64,000 nucleotides of DNA from Macrostomum lignano (lineage: Eukaryota), in assembly GCA_002269645.1 (NCBI GenBank), contig NIVC01001476.1, positions 186,001 to 250,000 on the forward strand, written 5' to 3'. A program made the translations under genes and the position numbers. The notes beneath the pieces were generated by a model. The model was given only the letters and a program-made list of their open reading frames with translations. It was not told the origin of the DNA and did no database searches. Each line of letters starts with the position of its first letter. The stretch's first letter is position 1. Shown here piece after piece: positions 12,056 to 23,300 of this stretch.

Positions 12056-13853
12056 TCACAGCCGCAGCCACACGGGTCTGAGCAAGGCTCTGCACAGACT
12101 GGTGAAGTCCCAGCGCAGCATGCATACTCGGTAGGCCATGCCCTGGTTCAGCAGCGGCTCCTTGGTGTGCACAGACCGGCAGTGCGCCGTCAGCAGGCTG
12201 TAGGGCGCCCCGGAAGGCGCTAAGGCGATTCGCTTCCGGCGAAGAAGCCGCCGAGCTCGCGCAGCGGCCAGGGCGCAGCAGGCGGCCAGGAGGGAGGCGG
12301 CAACTCCGGCTGTAGCGGCCGCCGCGCCAACCATTGCCAAATGAGGGGCCGCCGGCAGAGACCGCGGAGAGTTGTCACTGCCGGCGTCAACGAGCGGCTG
12401 CGGCAATTCGACTCCAAAGCGGGACAGACAGCAGCCGTCGTCTGCAACTCGCAGTTTCAACCGTCTGAAGGCCTTGTCTAGGGAAGCTGGCCGATCGCCC
12501 CACCGGCTGGCGCAGTCGGCCGACGGTGCCGAAGACAAGGACAGACGTTGCGGAAGCGCCGCTCTTCGCGAGAAGGTCACGTGACACTGAGGCTGCAGCT
12601 TGGAATACGGGACCATGGAAATTACCTCGGTGTTGTTCCTGTGGTATGGATAGTGCAATTTCATCGAGTTCGATGAGTCACGATGGCAAGTAAAATGGGG
12701 GGGGGTAGAGCAGCTCAGCGGTAAATGCATCTGACTCTCGCGCCACGGGAGATCTGGTTCGATTCCGCAAACACATCAGAGTCAAACCCATAAGGCACAG
12801 AGAGTGTACATGCCTGACGATTTAGAAAGTCAGAAAGTTACCGTAGAAAGTTAGAAAGCTCGTTTCTGCCCGATGCGGCCCATCCATATTAGTGTTATAG
12901 TTAGCGGGCGTGAAACCGCGTTTCACGGGCCGCTGAGACTGTCTATGGTAAAATCCCATTTACTCCAATGCATTCAGTCGGTTTCACGGGCCGCTGAAAA
13001 TGTCTATGGCAAAGTCAGAAGAAAGCGGGGTCAAGGGGGCGCTGAGCCCCCACATTAGCACACCAGCACACAAGACAAAGAAAGAAATAATAAAATCCTA
13101 AAATTGTCTATGGCCAAAACTCCTTATTTTGCGAATTGAAAAAATAGTAACTGATACTAAGAATTATTAAGCAGCACTAAGCTTTACTTTTAAAATATAC
13201 AAGTTGTAGAAACATTAACTAGATACTTATATGCATACGAGTTTTTTTACTTATTGAAGTTGGCCACAGATTATTGCAGCGGGCGGGATGCCGTGCGTTT
13301 CTCCCCGTTTCAACACGCCTAGGCTAACTATAATTGTTATTAAAGTCAACTTGTGCCGCATCTCTAAAATCTAAAATGGAATCAAGGCACAAGCCCAGGG
13401 GTTCGAGTTACTGCTGGGCTGCTGTGCCCATCTTTGAGTGTCTTACCTGTACATCAGAGGCTTTAGATGAACCTTGTAGGCCTCCAGACTATCCCGAAGT
13501 CCTGGTGGCATCGGCACCTTCAGCAGAGTGAAGCTCGCATTCGGCGACCCTGCAGCAGCAAAGTGCTGAGCGAACTCCCAGCTGACATTCATCGGTCCAA
13601 CATTTCTGGCCGCACCGCTGCCGATCAGTTTAATCCAGAACACCCCGATCGCTTGGTGATTGGGCACGCTAGAGAAAGCCACAGCCAAACAGTCCGACGA
13701 AGTCGAATACTCGGCTAGCAACCGGGTCGTCCAGGTGCGAATCGCCCGCTCTTCGGGACTACCGTACATGATATTATAGCATTGCACACCGGCTAGAGTG
13801 GGCCAAAGCCATGCTAGCAGAATTGCGGAGGAAACAAGCTTGCTGCTGCTCAT
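12056..13853 (-). CDS. Uncharacterised type I membrane protein (~329 aa, 2 exons)
   Basis: Exon 13853-13447 (signal peptide MSSSKLVSSAILLAWLWPTLAG...PLMYR|GTAAGA) and exon 12638-12056 (cag|G NNTE...). Total 990 nt, in frame. TM AMVGAAAATAGVAASLLAACCALAAA followed by stop-transfer RARRLLRRKR. Confidence 0.6.
12704..12860 (+). mobile_element. tRNA-derived SINE copy (intronic)
   Basis: cagctcagcggtaaatgcatctgactctcgcgccac...ggttcgattcc head; gtgtacatgcctgacgatttagaaagtcag body. Confidence 0.75.
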
Positions 13854-14432
13854 CGCGGGTCAAGCCGCAGTCTTAGACTCTGGTGTTTGTTTCTAGTGCT
13901 GTATTTATTGTTGCCTTTGCTATGGCTGCTTTTACACATAGCTTTGGCTCAGGCGTTACGGTAGCGCGTTTGAGCAGGAGGAGAGAGGACAGAAACCCTG
14001 AGTGCAAGGCACAGTTATTGTTCACCCCAGCAACTACTAGGCAGGCTTTGCTTTATTTGAGTGTACATTGCGTTTGAAAGCTTAACTGTCGTATTACAGA
14101 GTGCTTCAACCTGCAGCTTGTTTAAAATGCTGTAAGACTAAGACTGAGAGATGCTAGCAAACCTTGAGAGCGCGGACCCTGTGAATAGTAGCTGATTTAT
14201 AAGGCTCCGTACTCGTAATTAGGTAGCTCGTTGGCTTACTCGTATTTTTAATTTTTCAAAAATCTGAGAAATCTGTAAGCTATTGCGTTGCAACGAGCAA
14301 ATTTGTCTTGAGCAATAAAAGAAACAGAGATTACTGTGAATTATAAGTACACTCTATGGGCCACTCCATGCAGGACGCGGGGAGGTGTACGAGCGTATAG
14401 TACGAGTACGAGTATCATAGTACGAGTCGTAT

Positions 14433-14949
14433 CAGGGGCGTCGCCATGGATTTTATGGTGGGGGGGGGGACAAAGCCAAGAATTCAACACTTACATGTAC
14501 ATGACTAAATTCCTAGATTTCCATTATTTTCAGAATCGTGTTGTCAGCACTCATTTTGGCGCCGCAGGCACTCCTTTTGGCGCCATAGGTACTCATTTTG
14601 GCGCCGCAGGCACTCCTTTTGACGCCGCAGGCACTCCTTTTGGCGCCATAGGTACTCATTTTAACGCTGCAGGCACTCATTTTAGCGCCACAGGCACTCA
14701 TTTTGGCGCCGCAGGCACTCCTTTTGACGCCGCAGGCCCTCCTTTAGGCGCCGCAGGCACTCATTTTAGCGCAACAGGCACTCATTTTGGCGCTGAAGGC
14801 GCTATATTTTGGCGCCCTGAAGAAAAATTATTGATTGCCACAACGAGTCACAAGGTGGGGTGGGGGGACAAAGCTTTGGCATGTTTCCCCCATAGCTTTT
14901 ACTGAAAGGGACATGCCCCCCCTGCCCCCCCTCGGTGGCGACGCGCCTG
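14433..14949. mobile_element. Non-autonomous hAT-like MITE with internal 21-bp repeat
   Basis: TIRs CAGGGGCGTCGCCA / TGGCGACGCGCCTG; perfect 8-bp TSD AGTCGTAT (14425-14432 and 14950-14957). Confidence 0.85.
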
Positions 14950-15514
14950 AGTCGTATTATTGGTCAGGATATAAGACACGTACAATGGCCATGTACATTG
15001 TATGTTGAACAGTTAGTATTTTTAGTAGTTATTTTTTCCCGTAGACCTTGCATGAAGGCGTGTTTTTTTCGTCCGAAATGGATCAGGTGTCCAAAACCAC
15101 AAGAAGTTCTCATACTCTAGATGGCAATTTTCAACAAGAAATTCTTGCCTTTGACACCATCGCAAAAGAGGTTAAAATGACTGTTTTTAGCTTAGGTCGT
15201 CCGTAATTAGTTTTGCTTCGAGTTATGAATTTTAAGAACGCTTGTCCACATGACCATAAATGTAGTTTGAAATGAAATGCCATGTTCAATAAAAAACAGA
15301 GAAATATCATTTCGTTATACACTTTTATACATGTACTTAATGCTCAATCATAAAATCGAGGTTTACCAATCAGGCACATTTCTTGATTTCGAGGTGGCTC
15401 ATTATGAAGAAATTGTGCATTACACATTTGTGCCAAATCAGTACTTGTCAGTAAACTTGTACGACTACTGTACAAATATTTTGTTTAATTAATTAATGAA
15501 CTTTGCCCATAAAA

Positions 15515-15925
15515 GATTCGCCCGCCGAGATTTGCCCGCCGAGCTTTTCCCGCAAGCCGCAATGCTTAGTAAGTCTTAATAAAGAGATTTACCCGATCAA
15601 AACGTTTCGATGGTAACTGCATAGATATCAAATGCATATTTTGCTTGTAGGTTTAATTAATTCGATATGCATACAGCAGGGGTTACGCATCTGTGAACTA
15701 TTAATTCATGCATATGTCATCTAGCTTTGTCCTTTAAATCTCTTTATTAAGAATTACTTAGCATATGGAGGCAACGCAGACAACATCTGCCGCGTGGCTA
15801 AATACGTTGCAGCATTGCGGTCAAACCTCGGCGGGAAAAGCTCGGTGGGCAATTCGCTCGCGGGCAAAATGCACTGCGCTCAAATCTCGTAGGGGATTCG
15901 TCTGCGGGGTAATTCTCACGGACCC
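15515..15925. mobile_element. Left-truncated TIR element with ttttcccgc sub-repeats (same type as 48698-49107)
   Basis: Inverted cccgccgagcttttcccgc / gcgggaaaagctcggtggg arms; right end gtaattctcacggaccc; no left terminus or TSD found. Confidence 0.55.
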
Positions 15926-16422
15926 ATCCGAAAGGTTCTAGCGAAATCGCTCTTTAATCGACTTGGCAGCATCAGTTGCTGAACCAATGCATGCAAAATA
16001 GAAGTATACTTTAACGTTCCGGCATATCCTTTTTAATTTTTATGCATTAAAACAAGTTTGTGAGAACAGTACTGCGTAGACTGCATATGACAAAGATTTA
16101 TTTCGCAATTTTACTGAAGTTAAAAAGTTCCAAAATTTTTGCGACTTTTATATACTATTGTTAAAAGCTTATTGCATCAAAAGTTAAAACTTTGGCTTTA
16201 CTGCACAATTTCAACTTTGGAATTCCGATTCATTTTTAGATACTGTGATATGATTGATTTGATTGTGCCACTGAAACTTTTGCCCTACAGTAGTTGTAGT
16301 TTGGTTAACATGTTGTAGTAATGATAGCATGTTCAAAATTTTACTACTTAAATTATCCAACTTCACAGTTTATTTAGTCGCAAGTAGAAAGCAAAAATCA
16401 AGCAATATTTATAGTGAATTTT

Positions 16423-16580
16423 CAGGAGCGGATCCAGAATTTTTTTGATAGAGGCCCAGGCAAGCTATACTAAGCACTACAACCTAATATTGAAAAATAA
16501 ACCATGCATAGTTACAGGCCAAAAATTATGGACTAAATTTACCTTTTTGGCCATGCCCCCCCCTCCTGGATCGGCCCCTG
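16423..16580. mobile_element. hAT-like MITE (158 bp)
   Basis: TIRs CAGGAGCGGATCCAG / CTGGATCGGCCCCTG; perfect 8-bp TSD TGAATTTT. Confidence 0.85.
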
Positions 16581-17300
16581 TGAATTTTCTTGCATGAATT
16601 TTTTTTTCAATTATATCACCGCAACAATTCGTATAGTATTGCATTCATCTACGGTGGTTTCTTTTAACAACCTTATCAATCTTTAAAATTGTCTGCAACT
16701 TTTTTTCTGAACACTTAAAACTAATGCATTAAATATTTACTGGCAGGAACAAATAAGTACCAAATAATAGCCAATACTGCGATACATTGTGTTAATTAAA
16801 TTTTATACATACTAATATTTTTATAATAAAACTGAGTGTAACTTTTCTTTAATTTTAGTACAATATATTTGATAAAGCATTTTTTGCTCAACCCTTCTCA
16901 TTCTTTATTCTTATTAAGGCAAATTTTTTTAGTCATTACACAAATATACTGAACTAATGGTAAATTAATCGAGCACAATAGAAAAATAACTAAATTTTGA
17001 CAATTTGTTATACAAGTGGAGACTGGAAAGTAAATATTTAGAATTTTCTGTTATTGGATCTCAAGCATGCTAGCAGGTGGCACAATTAATCGCAAATTGT
17101 TTTTTAATCTAATACTAAAGTTTAATTTAATTTGATAGCTGTTGATATACTTGATGACTAGCAGTTGCATAGCTGTCTTTGAGTTTCGTTTTTTCTTTGC
17201 TACTTGCTAGATTTTTATATATGCATAGCACACAAGGCATTTTAATACAATAGCTTAAATGTCAAGTCCGAACCTATCGAACGCTCTGACTTTCAGCGAC

Positions 17301-20300
17301 ATGGCTGAAGAGGTGAGTGCAGCAGTGATCAAGGCCACACAGAGCTCGCTTGGCAAATATGTGAAGCGACCGCCGCTAACAGAAAAATTGCTGGGCCGGC
17401 CGCCGTTCAAGTATCTGCACGACATCTTCACGGCAGTGATGAAGAGCACAGGTTTTATGGAGGGCCTGTTCACCGGGCCCGAGATGAACCCCGACAGTTT
17501 CAAGGATCGCGACTCAAAAATGGCGTACCTGGACAAAGTGATCCGCATGGTTGGTGAGTAGCCAAATATTAAGTATTTGGAGCTTTAGAAACGATTCTGT
17601 AAACCAATATCAGGTCTGCACATTCCATTTGTAAAAACTTCGTCTCCAACCCAATCCAGGGCTGGTCAACGGCAAAGAGGTGGCGGTAAAACCGTCCGCA
17701 ATTGTGGCTGGCAAGGAGGCCGAAAAGACCAACGCGTTTCTGCAGGACCTTGCGGCTGCTATTGGCAAAAAGGTTCGATTCAACTATATGTAGGGAATGA
17801 CGAATGCAGGGAAACGAAAGCTGGCCTCCTTGCAAATTTGCACGATTTCCGAGTGCTTTAGTCGTCCATGAACCTACGCCTTTCCCCGCAGGCAAATAAC
17901 GCCGATTTCGTCAAGCGCGTCCTCAACGGCGAGGGCCCGGCGGCGTCGACGGGAGGCTCCTCTAAAAAGCCATCGCGCGAGGACGGCGGCGGCAGCAAAG
18001 AGCGGCGCAAAGACGACAAACCGGACGAAGGCAGCCGGGACAAGAAGCGGGGCCGGGAGGAGGGCGGAAAGGACAGAAGCCGCGACAGGGAGAAGGAGCG
18101 GGACAAAGAGCGGGAGAAGGACAAAGACCGAGAACGTGAGAAAGGCAAAGACAGAGAGCGAGAGAAGGACAAAGACCGGGAGAGAGAAAAAGACAAAGAG
18201 CGAGAGCGAGAGAAAGGCAAAGACAGAGAGCGAGAGAAGGACAAAGACCGGGAGAGAGAAAAAGACAAAGAGCGAGAGCGAGAGAAAGGCAAAGAACGGG
18301 AGAGTAGAGATAGCAGAGGGAAAGAGAGAGACAGAGGTCGAGGCGAAAAAGACGACGACAAAGACCGGAAGCGAGGACGAGGCGACGATAAGGATAAGGT
18401 GAGCCGCTCTTCAGAGAGGCGATAGCTCGGGTTAAATAAATCTCTAATAAATAATATTTTCTACTAGATTACAATCGGCCCCATAAAACTGGAATAACAA
18501 ACTCAAAAAAAATTCGCACGCAGCGAGAAAAGCCCAAACAGCCCATTGTCAACAAGCCCGTCGACAAGTCGACAAAAAAATCGGCGGCGGCGCCGGCGCC
18601 CTCAGCTCCCCCCGCCGGCGGCGCCGCCATCTCGGCTTCTAAGGTAACCAGCTTGAATCACCGCGCCAGGCTATTGTAAAGCCTTTGAAAGAGTAGAGAA
18701 GCAAAAAAACAATGCATGTGGAGAAGAAAAAGCATTTGTTGTTAGCTTTAGATTGTGAGCCCGCACGCATGCACAACTGAAGTAGATCAAGGAAGCTACA
18801 CTCGGTTTACTTAGAAATCAGCTGGAGGCCGGTAAGGAACGTGCATTTTTCGCATCACCAGTGCGAAGTCTTTGGTGAAACCCCATTCAACGCTATGCGT
18901 TCTCTAGAAGCTAATCAACTCATTTCTAAGAAAATCGAGTGCAGCGTCCTTCAGCTTCAGTTGCCCAATGCCCGCACAGTGCACTGTGTTTTACCGCTCT
19001 GATGCAAATGGTATTTTATAATTGAGCTTCACAGTTATGCTTCACAGTGAAATGATTTACACGATTGTGCACGCAAACATGAGTAGTTCAGAGTTCTCAG
19101 TCAGTACAGCGGCTTTGCTTGCAAATATTCCCGTTAGCAACAACGCGACGACGACGGCATACGGACGGACGAAGGCGGTGGAGCTTCGCAGCCCGGCTCC
19201 CGTCAGGGCTCCGCTGCAGCGGCGAGGTCGCAGCCGGTTGGTGCCCCAACAGTCGACTTCCAGCAAGCTGGTTCTAATCTTTTAGCTAGGGTCGCTTTGG
19301 CTTCTAAATTGACCTCACTTATACTATACGAAGGCTGAGTCATAAGTTCGTGGACAAATAATAATAATGTTGATTACAACTGCCCCAATTGGGCCAGATG
19401 TGCAACCGACAGCTCAGCCGCAGCTATCGCGCGGCGCATCTGAAGGCTGCGTACGGCTGTTCAGTCCAAGGACTGGGGGGTCGCCACACACATCCTCAAT
19501 GACCCAAGCAAATGCTGGCACCCATTTTACAGCTGGGTGAACTGAAGCAATGCAGAGTTAAGTGTCTTGCTCAAGGACACAAATGGTTCCAGTGGGATCT
19601 GGAATCGAACCCCCGACCTTCAAGTCGTGAGTCCGATGCTCAAACCACTAAACTACAACCACTTTCTCGCAGCGAGAAAGACAAAACAGCCTATTGTAAA
19701 AGCAAGCAGTGCCGAGTCTTGTCACATAATTGCCCTTCATCTGAACACACTTTCCTGGGCAAAGAATTCCTGGGGGGGGGGTCGTTTATCCCCACTGATA
19801 GATTGCGGAATTTAGTGCAGACACACTGCTGTAGAATTCCAGCCTGTTTCTTTATCTTTAGCAGCAGATGTGGCAGATTGTGGCAGAGGTACCACTTATG
19901 ACATCGAGCACTTGTCAGCGAACTTGTGACACAGCCATCGTAGCTCATGTCACAAACACTCAAGGACTTCTATTGTTGAAGGATTGGCCACTCTCAAGAC
20001 ATGTTTAGCTTTAGTTAGTCATAGTTCTGAGAAACTTTCACCGCAAGCAAGGTTCTAAGTCAGAGATATTAAAAACAACTGTCGAAAATCGAAATCCATT
20101 AAGTTTTACCGATAAGATTGCCGCTTCCTTCTGCTTAGAAGAGTCCTTGATTTGTGACTGAGCAGCATCCTCGGATTATCGCCAATCTCTGTATTTTACT
20201 CTTAAGTTTATTTGTTATCAAAGTTCTCATTCTTGATTTTATTTTCAACCGTGCTCTGTTTATTACATTTATGCAATTCATTTCTCCCTGTCTCTGCCAC

Positions 20301-23300
20301 AGACATCAAAAACAACAGCTGGGTCACTCCATTTTGTTTAGAGTTTATTTCGTTCATTCTTGCATGGAGCTAACATGGAGCTAGCATGGAACTAGCATTG
20401 AGCTAGCATGTAACTAGCATGGAGCTAGCATGTAACTAGCATGTAACTAGCATGGAACTAGCATGGAACTAGCATGGAACTAGCATGTAACTAGCATGTA
20501 ACTAGCATGGAACTAGCATGGAACTAGCATGGAACTAGCATGTAACTAGCATGGAACTAGCATGTAACTAGCATGGAGCTAGCATGTAACTAGCATGGAG
20601 CTAGCATGTAACTAGCATGGAGCTAGCATGTAACTAGCATGGAGCTAGCATGTAACTAGCATGGAGCTAGCATGTAACTAGCATGGAGCTAGCATGTAAC
20701 TAGCATGTAACTAGCATGGAGCTAGCATGTAACTAGCATGGAGCTAGCATGTAACTAGCATGGAGCTAGCATGTAACTAGCATGGAGCTAGCATGTAACT
20801 AGCATGGAGCTAGCATGTAACTAGCATGGAGCTAGCATGTAACTAGCATGGAGCTAGCATGTAACTAGCATGGAACTAGCATGGAGCTAGCATGTAACTA
20901 GCATGGAACTAGCATGTAACTAGCATGGAACTAGCATGGAACTAGCATGTAACTAGCATGGAACTAGCATGGAACTAGCATGGAACTAGCATGGAGCTAG
21001 CATGTAACTAGCATGGAGCTAGCATGTAACTAGCATGGAACTAGCATGGAACTAGCATGGAACTAGCATGGAACTAGCATGGAACTAGCATGGAAGTAGC
21101 ATGGAACTAGCATGGAACTAGCATGGAACTAGCATGGAGCTAACATGGAGCTAGCATGTAACTAGCATGGAACTAGCATGTAGCTAGCATGGTGCTATCA
21201 TGGAGCTAGCATGGAGCTAGCATGGAACTAGCATGTAACTAGCATGGTGCTATCATGCAGCTATCATGGAGCTAGCATGGAACTAGCATGGAACTAGCAT
21301 GGAGCTAGCATGGAACTAGCATGTAACTAGCATGGAACTAGCATGGAACTAGCATGGAGCTAGCATGGAACTAGCATGTAACTAGCATGGAGCTAGCATG
21401 GAACTAGCATGGAACTAGCATGGAGCTAACATGGAGCTAGCATGTAACTAGCATGGAGCTAGCATGGAACTAGCATGGAACTAGCATGTAACTAGCATGG
21501 AACTAGCATGGAGCTAGCATGTAACTAGCATGGAGCTAGCATGGAACTAGCATGGAACTAGCATGGAGCTAGCATGTAACTAGCATGGAGCTAGCATGGA
21601 GCTAGCATGGAACTAGCATGTAACTAGCATGGAACTAGCATGGAGCTAGCATGGAACTAGCATGGAACTAGCATGGAACTAGCATGGAACTAGCATGGAA
21701 CTAGCATGGAACTAGCATGGAACTAGCATGGAACTAGCATGGAACTAGCATGTAACTAGCATGGAACTAGCATGGAACTAGCATGGAACTAGCATGGAAC
21801 TAGCATGGAACTAGCATGTAACTAGCATGGAACTAGCATGGAACTAGCATGGAACTAGCATGGAACTAGCATGGAACTAGCATGGAACTAGCATGGAACT
21901 AGCATGGAAGTAGCATGGAACTAGCATGTAACTAGCATGGAACTAGTATGGAGCTAGCATGGAACTAACACTGGAACTCAAAAAGTTCTTAGACACCCCT
22001 CATATCTCTGCATCTGTTCGACCGATTTTGATGATAATTTATACAAACATGGGTCTATATTTTGATGAATTCAGTGCTAGAGTTTCAGCTTGGTCGTATG
22101 GACAGAGCGAAAGCAGTCGATCATTTACTGACGAACCTGCGAAATTAGCAATACGATTTTAAGCACATAACAAAACGTACAAGCTAAAGGGCAAACGGTT
22201 CAAGTTGGCAAGTTCCCAAACTTCAAAAATCAGATCACCAATCATGAAAATCTTCGAAGTAATCACCGTTCCGTTGAATGCACTTGTCATACCGCATCCG
22301 CAGCTCTTCGATCCATCCTAACCACGTGTCTCTAGGAGTCGCTCTGATGAGCCCCTCAACAGCCGTTTGCAGCTCGGGGAAGCTAGCGAACCTCTTGCCT
22401 CTCAGCTGCGCCTTGACGTGTCCAAAAAGACCATAGTCAGACGGTGCCAAATCAGGCGAGTAGGGCGGATGCTGCCACTGCTGGAATCTGAGGCTGTCGA
22501 TGTGAGAGCGAGTGAGGGCTGCCGAGTGCGGCCGGGCATTGTCGCAGTGCAGCAGGACGCCCTTGCGCACGATCCGACGCCGTTGCAGTAGCTCCTGTCT
22601 CAGCCTCGTGAGCTCGTCACAAAACCGCTCGCTGTTCTGTGTCTGGCCCTGGCCGTACCACGTGAACATGAGGGGCCCGCTCGCATCCCAAAAAACACTT
22701 AACATGATCTTCTTGGGATAGGTGCCTGCGCTTTCGACGTCACCGCCGCCGCCACCCCTCGGAAGCCAGGCCCTCGACTCCCGCCGGGAGAGTGGGTCGT
22801 ACAGGGCAAACATGGACTCATCTTGAGTTACAAATCTGCTTTTGAACTCGTCTCCCAGAGCTGAAATTGCCGCCCTTTGTTGCAAGCAGACTTCGTATCG
22901 GCGATTTTTCTGCTCGGCAGTTAGCAGTCTTGGCACCCATCGAGAGACCAGCTTTGACAGACCAAGATGCTCGTGCAGAATTTGGAAGACCGAGCCACAC
23001 GAAATCCCGGCGGCATTGGCCAACTCGTCAATAGTGATGTGGCCGTTTTCACTTACCAGCTCTTCGATCAGGATGGCACTGCTGTCGTTGACTGCAGTAG
23101 CTGGTCGGCCTGAGCGTGGCTTGTCCTGCACGCTCATTTCGCCGTCCTTTCTCTTCCGGACCCAGTTCGCGACGGTTGCTCGACAGCAGGCATCATCTCC
23201 AAAACGGCTGACTAATCTCTGGTGGATAGTGTTCACGGACATTCCTTCGTCCGCAAAAGCAAAAACGATCAGGCGCTGCGAAACTTTATCGCCATATGCA

